Assembly: GCF_009914755.1 (NCBI RefSeq)
Contig: NC_060925.1
Length of the DNA stretch: 64,000 bases
From: the human T2T-CHM13v2.0 reference genome, Homo sapiens
Direction: 5' to 3' (one strand)
The position numbers and the translations under genes are program-made. The notes beneath the pieces are model-generated. The model searched no databases and was not told the origin of the DNA. It saw nothing but the letters and a program-made list of their open reading frames with translations. Shown here piece by piece: positions 53,803 to 64,000 of the stretch (positions are counted from its first letter, which is position 1; each line of letters begins with the position of its first letter).

Positions 53803-56800
53803 TCTGTTAATACCAAATTTGGGAAGCAGCAATTTAGAGCCCTCACCCCCTACCCTGCCTACCTCAGCAGTACCTTCCTTAGTCTCCTAGATTGAGGGAG
53901 AGGTGGGCTGTTTGGGGACAATCCTGCTTGTTTGTCACAGCGCTGGGCCTGTGGCAGGTGTTTAGAACACCTGCTGATGGGTTGACCACCAGTGGTAGAT
54001 GGTGCATCGCTGCCCTTGGAGTTTCTGGAGATTGGGCTTTTTTTGTCTAAGGAGGAGGCTCCAAGTTGCTGGATGTTGAGGTTAGATGCTCCGGGCTGCC
54101 AGCCTTGTACCAGGAACTGTCCTTCGCTTTCGGGGGGTCCCTGGGTGGACTCCCACTGTAACCAGCCCATTCTCACTCAGACGCTCATCACCCTCCCGCG
54201 CTCCATCTCCATCTGGCGGCCCGTCCCCACATTCCTCTACCTCTGACCTTCCTCATCTTCCTGCTTGGGGCAGTCCAGGTTCAAAGCTATGGGGATGTCA
54301 CAGCCTAGGAATGAGGGCTTTCATCTAGGGGGATGGGTGCAGTTCAGACGGGAGAGAAATCCACAGATGGTTCTTTGCAAGCAGGTTGGGCTCAGCCTCT
54401 TATAAGTATTGCACTTGAAAGCCCCAGAGTGCTCTGTGTCCCTGGTCATTCCATCCATGTGCACACACACACACTAGCATGCATACACACATATGCATGC
54501 ACATGCACATGCATGTGCACACACGCACACACACTTCCTAGTGTAGAACAGGGATTGGGTGGTAACAGTTGGGTGACCTGAATTCCCCGTCTGAGGATCC
54601 CTCCCCACCTTCTGCCATTTACCCCCAACCCCCTCTGTAGTTTCTCTCCAAATCTTTGAAATGCTCAGAGGTGCCTGGGAGCCAGGGCATGTTTTTATCG
54701 TCACAAATACACCAGAGAAGAGAGACAGCGGGGAAGTGAGAGAGAAAGGGCTGGAGTACAGACCCAGGCTGAGGACGCGGGGCAGGCTGCCAGGACGCAG
54801 AGCCAGGCCAGGGAAAGACACCATCCTCCGCAGGTTAAAGCTACTGGGGGACCTTTGATTGTGCACGTGGCCCAGCAAGCATGGGGCAGCCCTGACTTTG
54901 CCCTAAAGGAGGCTGAGAAGCAAGTTTGTACAACTTTGGGGGTGGGGATGTGGAGGAGTCCTGGGGCCCTCAGATGATGCTGCCCCTTCCCCTCCATGCC
55001 CAACTCACCCCATGTGGCCAAGCTGGTCACAAGCTCCAAGGTTCTCCAGCCTCCTGGGGATATCCCAGGAGGGGCAGGACGAGGATGGAGAGACTCAGGG
55101 GCCCAGCCTGCATGGCAAGAATCCCTCTCAGACCTACAGCTATCTCCCCTGCTCCAGCCCCACTTAGCACTCACTCAGAACTTCACAGGCTCAGACTTCC
55201 CAATCCCTGGCCTCCCCACTCCTGGGGCCTTTCCCCAGGTGTCAGCAGCAATTTCCTGCCATGCCTGGTGACAGGAGCCTGAGCCAGCCCAGGGGAAACC
55301 CAATGCCATGGTGTCAGCAGTGAGTGTCCTTCGGTTTCTGGGGAATGGGGCTGAGAAAGTGCAGAGCTGCGCAGCTCGAGGGGGCAGGGAGGACTGCCAC
55401 TGCCCCCACCCCATGAACCCCTGCCCCTTCCACGCTTAGTGGAGACCACTGTGCCCACTCCTCTTGCACCCAAGGACCCTGGCAGAGACACCTCTTTCCT
55501 GCCTCATAACTGGACCAAGGCTGGAAAGAAACACTCACATCTGGGAGACAGTGCCTGGGTGGGCAGTGTCCTGCTCTGGGCAAGTTCATCCTTCCCTCCC
55601 CATACTGATGTAAGGATGCTGCTTTGGGGTGGAGTCAGAAGGGCCTCACCCCTTCCCCTCCCCTCCCCTCCCCATTCTAATCTAGCACCAGCATTCGGGG
55701 AAGTGTCTTCATCTCAGGCTCCGTTGATGACCAGCAGTTCACATCTTCTGCCTTTGGTTTTGCATAGTTGCTAGATCTGTGCAGGGCACCCACCTTCTCC
55801 CGGGGAGGGCCTGGGTCTCCTCTCTCCTCTCTATCCCCCTTAAGGTCAGCAGGGCTACTTTCTAAGAACTGGTCCTTGAGCATAGAGGCTGGTCACACTC
55901 GTGTGTGATCTCTACCTTGCTTCCTTTCCCTTTGCATCTGTGTGCTCTCTGTACCCGGAGCTGTGCTATATACCAGACAGAATCTCTGTTCTTGGAGGAC
56001 CCATAATGTAGCGGGGGAAGCAGACTGGAAAACTTATATAATAGAGGAGAGAGAGGCTGTAATGAAGAAAATGCTGGCTTTAGGGCCAAACATTCACCCT
56101 ATAATAATGTGAGCTTGGGAGATTTGTCAATGTACACATAACAGCATACCCCAAATGAGATATTTTATTTAGTCTAATTGCCTCTTAACAGGTTTGGATG
56201 CAGTAGATACACTGAATACATAGATTCAAAATGTAAATTTTGTATCCCTAATATATTCAGTCTTTTCCTAGATATTGCATGTGTCCCCCACCCTTGGCAC
56301 AGAGCAGGGGCTAAGTCAAGGTTTGCTACATTGGATTGGATTGACTTACCTACGGTGGAGGTGGGAAGGGGAGATGACTCACAGTTGTAGGAGACACTCT
56401 GAGAAATGAGACTGGTCTCGGCCAGGAGGGACTGGGAGATGCATCCAGAGGCTTGGGACAGTGGGCAAGGGGCCATTGTTTGGTCTGGTCCCAAGTCCTG
56501 GCTGATGTCAGATTAGCTCTTTTCTCTTGGTTGGCAGGCCCTTTGTTGTTGTTGCTATTAGAACTTCTCTTGCATAGGCTGGCTGAGTAAGTGTGGCCCC
56601 TGCCTCCCTTCATCAGAAGTCTTCTGCCTGGGGCATAGCTGTGTGCTCAGTGCTTGAGACGGGTCCAGTACCTGTTTTCCATGAGCTCAGCTGTGGAATG
56701 CTGCTGCTGGGATTCATCTCAGAGGTCACCTTATAGTCCTGTCTCCTCCTTTTGCAGAAGAGGAAACTGAGGCTAAACATAAAGTAATTTGCTCAGGCCT

Positions 56801-57002
56801 GCCCATTTGAGGTTCCAGATTCTAGAGCTCCCAATCCAAGTCCCCGCTGACTCCAGGTATAATGTTGCCCAAAAATGTCAGTCTTCTCCCAGCCTCTTGC
56901 CCCACCAGGCCTTTATTCCATCAGCCTGGTCCTGACATTTATTAAGTACTTATGTCACTCAGCACTCTGGACTGTGCCTCATGCTAGATGAGAATGTCTT
57001 CA

Positions 57003-57347
<345 letters not shown>

Positions 57348-59319
57348 TCATTTCAAATTTTTAAACTAAAACGCATAAAATGTAGCTGTACAGAGGATTC
57401 GCTACTTATTTTTCTGCTTCACCTCAGACTGGTACAAGCATTATCATGGACCAAAACACTTCTGTGGGCCTGAATTAGACCCAGGTCTGTCCCAAGCAGC
57501 CCATGCTCTGGTCTAAGGTGGGGATCCCCAGCCATTGCATACAGTCCCCTCTGGGAAAGGGCTGCCCAGAGCACTGGAGTCAGGTTGGGGTATGGGTAGA
57601 GCCAACCCAGGCCCTTCTCCTGGTGCCTGGTAAGGGAATGGAGGGCTCCGGGAAGGGCCTCTAGGAGCTCTGTCCTCAATTGTATGACATCATTGTTTCT
57701 ATCCAGATCCTTTGACCCTCACACTAACCCAAGGCCGTTCCACCCTGGGGGTTGGGGCACTGGCTGGATATGGGCATTTGTACCAGCTGCTTTTCACACT
57801 GGCTGTGTGACCTTGGACCAGTCCCTGAACCTCTCTGGGTCCCTTTCCTTGGCTCACTGAGCTAATGTTAGGATAGCCATGAATGTAGCAAATGTACAGA
57901 TGTATGGCTTTGGGGGCTCTTTAAGAAGTGACTGAACGTTCCAGTATCCCAGAGCACTTAGCTTACACCCCGCTGCTCTGTCTTACGGGTGAAGAGACCA
58001 AGGCCTAGAGAGGAATAGTGACAGACTCACTGCTAGCAGCAGATACAGAGTCGATGGTGGGGCCCGGGTTCTTGGCTCCCACTTCAGAGCCCTCCTCCAC
58101 ACCCCACAGCCTCCAGGTCTTCATCCAGCTTGAGATCTGCCCAGGAATGTAGTTTTTCTGCAAGCCTCTTGCCCTACCATGCCTTTGTTCCCTCAACCTG
58201 GCCTTGACACCTTCCGCTTTCCACTGGATTCTGTGTGTTCAGCTTACTCAGCTGTGTCCTCTCGGTGCCAGAACATCTAGGCACAGAGCTTGAGTCCAGA
58301 TGCCATCGGGCTGCCATTGGGTGGTGGATACCATCGTTGATGCCCCCCCTCACCTCCTTCCCATCATCCCTCATTCCAAAGGCTAGGAGGTATCTCCTCC
58401 TCTGGAAAATTACTCTCCACTGGCTCCTCTAGGCCCCTGGGGTATCCCATGGCTTCCCATTGTGACCTCCCCTCCTGCCTCACTCCAGGACAGGGATTGT
58501 GGGCAGCCCTGGTCCCTCTGACTCTCAGGAAAACCCGTGTCTTCCCTCCCTCCTCCCCATTCTTTTTATCCTCCCTCCGCCCTTGGCCCCAGGTCCTCTC
58601 CCCCAGCCTTATCTGCCCAGGATCTGACCTGCAGATGCACTCACTGCTCTGCGTGCTCCTGACCCCAGGATGGCATCACCGCCCAGCCTGCCTGCCCTGG
58701 GGCCAGCTCCGGCCTGTTCTCCTTTCCTCTAAAAGCCCCCATGTCTTGAAGCTGATTAAAACAAACATAGCTCATATTTTTGTTCTTAATCCAATTCTGT
58801 GCTGGGCTAGGGTCGGAGAGGGAGGATAGGATGACAGAAGCACATTCCTCACTATGCCAGAGGGGAGAGGCAGGGCCAGGTACCTGCCAGGAAGTACCCA
58901 GCATTGGGGAGGCCATGATCCAAGTGGGGTGCTGATGGGCAGAGGTGGATGGGCCCTTCCCTGGGTATGACTCAGCTGCTGCTCCCTGGTCAGGGGAGTA
59001 GCAGGGTCAGAAGTTCTCTAGGGCTTTCCCAGAGGCGGGGGCAACACGCCTTTCTGGGAACAGCCAGCAGGGGTGGGGGCTCCCAATAGAGGCCTTTATT
59101 CTCTCTTGCCTGGGAAAAAGACAGGATCTTCTTGTCTCAGTCGACCCCTTCCCATGACATCCCTCCTCAACACTTTGCCTTCGGGTTCCTCAGGACACAC
59201 AGACTCAGATATGTGCCATGGACACCTTCATATCCTGTAGGCAGGGCTCACAGGCCTCTGAGTTGGAGGAGAGGGTGTGCGATGGTGCATACAGTCTGGA
59301 GGCTCAGCAAGTGACTGGG

Positions 59320-59460
59320 TTTGAATCTTGTTCTACCACTTACTAGCTGTGTGACTGTGGACAAATTCTTTAATCTCTTTGCACCTCAGTTTCACCAACC
59401 GTAAAGTGGGTGTGGTATTAGTACCTACCTCATAGTATCATTGTGGAGAAGTATGGACCT
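59320..59460 (+). mobile_element. MIR
   Basis: ccacttactagctgtgtgact...cctcagtttc..gtaaagtggg. Confidence 0.8.
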
Positions 59461-59639
59461 ACAGCGTGGACACCAAGAACAGTATCTGCATCGTATTGCA
59501 GACTATACTAAAAGTACTCTCTAAAAATATAATAACAAGCATGAGTGTGCCTAACACTGGGCATGGCACATATTGATTGGATCTTAAAATTGTGTGATTT
59601 CATTGCTAACTGAAACCTTAAGAGACATTTTTGTCCAAG

Positions 59640-59915
59640 AGAGGAGGGAAGAGATAGTTAAAGCAAGTAAAAAGGAAAAGGAGAAAAAGAAAAGTTAAAA
59701 AAAAAAATAGAATGATTTGGAGGAGAAGAGGAATGAGACTAAAGAATATGAAAAGTGAAGAGTGAGGAGGGACAGGAAAAACTGCCAGGAAGGGAGGGAG
59801 GGAGGGAGGGGGCCGGCAGGGAGGGAGGGAAGGAGGAGAAGAAAGCAAGCTAGATAAGAGGATGAAGAGGGGAGGGGGTGGTGGGAGAAAGATGGGAAGG
59901 GGCCCAAAGAGAGGG
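59640..59915. repeat. Purine-rich low-complexity tract including (GGGA)n
   Basis: Almost entirely A/G on + strand. Confidence 0.85.
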
Positions 59916-61269
59916 GACTGCTGGTGAGGGGCCTCAGTGACTGCCTTGGGAATGTGCAGAGCTAGGATTTCTTCCTGTCCACCAGGACATAAGATTTCTT
60001 CTCCCCCCATCCACTGGAACAGCCTCTTGCCCACCTCCAATCCTCCACCTCCACCCTTGCCTTGCACTTCGAGTCAGGATCCCTGCGAGAGGTTTCTGGA
60101 CTAGCTAGCATCAGAGGACCAGCTGGGGAAAATCTCTCTTGGGCAGTAGGTTTATAGTAGGTTCATAGAACTGTAAATTCATAATCTTTCAAGGCTAAAG
60201 AAAATGCTGGCATTGATAGTTCACCTACCTGGCCTCCTCCAGAATGGCCTGTGTACCTCTCAGGACAGGACCCTCACCACCTGTTCAGAGGTGTTTACTG
60301 GGCACCTTCCAAGACTGAGCTACAGCTACTGTGGCTGCAAATCAGTTGAATGATAAATAACAATTTTGTGGGTACTTATTTTTGGCCCCACGAGAAGGAC
60401 AGAGGGCAAATCAGTGGGACCCTAGCATATGCTGGGCCCACAACGGGTGGATGCATGGTCAGCCTAACTGGTCATCCTTGCCTCCCAAGTTCCAGGGGTC
60501 TTTCATCCTCCTTCCACACCCCAAGGGCACTTGGCTTGGGCTGTGATAGTTCCCCATACCACAGCTGGAAACCAAGATGTGTCAGCAGGTCAGAGGAAGG
60601 GGGACTAGAGATGGCCCATAAAAATCTTGGGCTCCCTGTAAACAGAGAGGGTCTTTGAAAGCCCAAAGCACTTTTATGTGCTAGTTAAAGGGCCTTCCTG
60701 TTGTGTCGCCAGGATTTATAGGGACATGGGCTGGGGAATGGGGGAAGGTGAGCCACGTGCAGCCTCTACCTGCAGATATAGCTCACTCCCTGGGCTTTTT
60801 GGAGCTGCTACTCTCTGGGTTCCAGGGGAGAAGGGAGGAAGGGGATATCTTAGTAACTTCTTGGCCGTCACACTCCATTTACCAAGGAGGGACTGTGAGG
60901 CTCCTCCTTGATGCTTTAAGATCCTGAACCACCCCCCTGGGGCCACGTTCATGACCAAGGCAGCAAGCACATATTCCAGGCCAGCAGTGTCTACAGCTAG
61001 GGGGAAAGAGGTGTCAAGACAGAAGCAGAACTCTCGAGGCGGAGGCCAGGCTACCGTATGCATTGTAAGCGTGCAGGACTAGGAGAATCCAACTGTTCCA
61101 TGGCAAGTCTTTCCCGTGCCCTGTGCCTGATGCTAGCACCAAGGGATCACAGGGAGTGACCAGGTGTCAGTCCCATCTCGATTCTGTGAGTTAGGGATGC
61201 CCATCCATCGACCTGCCTCATCGTGACACCCTGTAAGAATGTGATATCCATTAATTTAAACTTACAAAA

Positions 61270-61406
61270 GCTGGGCACAGTGGCTCAGACTTGTAATCCC
61301 AGCACTTTGGGAGGCTGAGGCTGGTGGATCCCTTGAGCCCAGGAATTGGAGATAAGCTTGGACAGCATAATAAGACCCTGTCTCTATTACAAAAAAAGAA
61401 GAAAAA
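61270..61406 (+). mobile_element. FLAM_C-like free left Alu monomer
   Basis: Single left monomer followed by A tail. Confidence 0.8.
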
Positions 61407-64000
61407 GCTCCACACAATCAATGTGTTATTCCAGCCCACTCTCCCTCTTGGAGTTATGAGCTGCATATTTTACTTTCTTTCTGGGAGAGGAGGACCCTCC
61501 CTGTTCGGTGTCATGGGAGGAAGCTGCCCTTCCCTGCTGTTCCACAGCAGCCTGCACTTACACCCTACTGGGCCTGTCACAGTGTCACAGACCATGGGTT
61601 CTCCTAGACTGAGCTCAGTGCCAGTGTTCACTGCTGCCCCCGGAGCCAGGCAGGATGCAGGGGGATTTCCGCACACGGCCCCCTTTCACCCTCGCTCTGC
61701 CCTGCCAGGGAGATGCTCGTATCCTCCCCAGTTTAGAGTTCAGGATGGGGAGAGCTGGCACCTGCCAACCTCTTCTTTATCAGCCCTCTTCAAGAAGCAG
61801 CACATACATTCTTTCCTTTAATCCTCCTGGTCTACCCGCTGGGTCATATCCACCCCAATTTATACATGAGGAAATTGAGGCTCAAGGAAGTTGGGTAACT
61901 GCGGAAAGTTCCAGCCAGGTGGGGTCCAGCCCAGAGCTGTTTCCCTGTGCTTTTATTTCATCTGAGCTGTAGGTTCCCTGATCTCCTCCTCCTGGGATGC
62001 TGGAACATGGAGAAAATCCCTGCTCCCAGCTGATGTCAGAGGCGCCCCAGTCTTTGTCGCTCAGGCCTGCGTGTCTCTGTCTGTCCTGCAGCCCATGCCC
62101 TTGGTGGCCCACTCTGGCTGCTCTTCCGGACCTTCTTCATCCTCATAGGGATCTCCCCTCCCTCCTGGGGAGCAGCAACCAGAGCCACACTTGGCCTCCT
62201 AAGTCTGGGGTCCCAGACTGGATACAGGGCTCTGTATCCAGGCAGGAGGACTGGCCTCACCGTGACCTCCGTCTCCAGCCTGCCGGCCAGGAGTGCCCAT
62301 CATGGCCTCAGGCCTTTGGCATTCTTCCTTGATGCTGCAGTTCCCCTCTGCTCCTCTGTGACCCTATTGAGTTTCCCCAGGTCCGGCCAACCAAACACTG
62401 CCATATGGGGGAGAGTTACATTTCCTGTGTGTGTGTCAAAATATCTGAGCGGATGTGAAATACATCAGACATGTATAAAAATAAACTTTTACAGGGTGAC
62501 TGACTACTCCCCTCCAAGGAGAACCAGCGATTCACTCTTCATCTGGGGCCCAGAAACTTAGCTGGGGCCTTGGGGACCACTCCCCATGCCTGGCTCCTCA
62601 CGGCCATCCTGCTTCACTTCCTTGGGCTCTGGGCCAGCTCCTCTCCCGGAAAGCATTCTCCCCAGGGCTCTGCTGGTGTGTAAACCCCTCCCCAATAGGC
62701 ATGAAGTTAGCAAGTCACCTCTCTGGGCCCCAGTTTCTTGATGGGTGTGGTAGGGGGTTGCTTTTTCAGCTCGCCGTTGTCTCTGACAATCCACGACTCA
62801 CAGCCTGTGACTCCCCAGTCTAGGCTACGGCAGGACCATCCAGTCACCTATTCTGGTTTGCAGGAAGCAACATCCCCAGCCTTATATCAGAAATTTCTCC
62901 CTAAATGTAATTCTTAGTCATTCCAGACTCAGATGCCACCCCTTGCAGAGAAGTAGGGGAGGGGTCAGGTGTAAGTGGGAGCTTGAGGGGGTGCACGGTG
63001 GTTTTGGATAGCTCTGGAGATTCCTGCCTTGACCACTCTGAGACCCTGAAGCAGCTTGGACAGAAGACCCTATCTGTTAACCTATGTGATTCCTACCAGA
63101 TCCCATTCTAGGGCCGTTGGTTCCTGTCTGGTAAAGAATCCGGTCTGGCCGTGACAACTGCCTTTGCCCAGCCAAGGGGCTGGAGGGTCCCAGTTCTGAA
63201 GACTCAATGCCTGGCACATAAGCTTAGTCAGGACCCAGAGGCAGAGTGCTAATTTCTGTTTCCCTGCAGCCCCATCCTGGTTGGAGGGCTCTTCTTCCTT
63301 CCCAACTGGGCTACCAGCAGGCAGGGAGGGAGGCCAGGGCCACCCCACATGACTCTCCCACCTTGTTTCCTGGCCTCTGGGACATCACTGCAGATGCACC
63401 ACTCCCAACAGAGTCTGGCGTTGATGGGCAGCTGCCATCCTGCCAGGAACCTGGTGCCAAGAGCTTGGGCTGTGGGACTGGCCCTCAGCCTCAATTCAGC
63501 CAGACCCACCCATCACCTGACCCATGCCCACTGCCTCTCAGGCCTCCTTTGAGTACCTTGTGTTCAGGCCAATTGCAAATGCCAGAGATAGCTTCAGGCC
63601 AGCAGTTATTGAATCTGGGGTCCACGCTTCTGCTGGGTGGGAGACAAAGGGAGGCAGTATTTTGGAGAGGCCAAAGGAGAGGCAGGGCTGACAGCTGGCT
63701 CTCTTGTCTTTCTCTAGTTCTCTCCAGGGCAAAGACCCCACGTAACATTCTTGCCAGCCCCTACCACCCCCAATTCTGGTGCCAGATGCTCTATACTTCC
63801 CACCTTACCATGAGTCCTGTCCCTTCCAAGACACTTAACTCTTAATCAGGTCCCTGTTAATGAAAGTAATGGGGTGACTTGTCTGTGGGTCCTAGGAGCA
63901 TTTATTAGGTAATAAACTTAATGTACAAAAGGTAGTCAGTCCAGTGTGATATTCTTGCAGTGGAAGAGGCACTTCAGGGCAGAAGCTCATATTGGTGACC

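Overview
Human (primate) genomic DNA recognisable as the 1p13.3 STRIP1-ALX3 locus. From memory this is roughly GRCh38 chr1:110.04-110.10 Mb; I could not verify the coordinates. Positions 762-14769 hold the last 16 coding exons and 3'UTR of STRIP1 (FAM40A, STRIPAK complex) on the + strand. They splice in frame to 643 C-terminal residues ending ...WEELLQ*. The complete four-exon ALX3 homeobox gene lies convergently on the - strand (CDS 30740->20860, 1032 nt, 343 aa), with a large CpG island over its promoter and intron 1. The remaining ~33 kb is non-coding. It contains a second, orphan CpG island (~44-45 kb), probably the 3' part of a - strand lncRNA (LINC01397, from recall), a 10-copy 46-bp VNTR, and many Alu/MIR/L2/MLT1/MER elements, several nested. 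I found no convincing new protein-coding gene or wholly novel system. The best leads are: (i) signals for + strand read-through/antisense transcription across ALX3; (ii) a convergent pair of CTCF motifs in the two 3'UTRs; (iii) an Alu-tail compound repeat built from the SCA10/SCA31 pentamers; (iv) a palindromic, E-box-bearing VNTR; and (v) a near-perfect 74-bp dispersed duplication.
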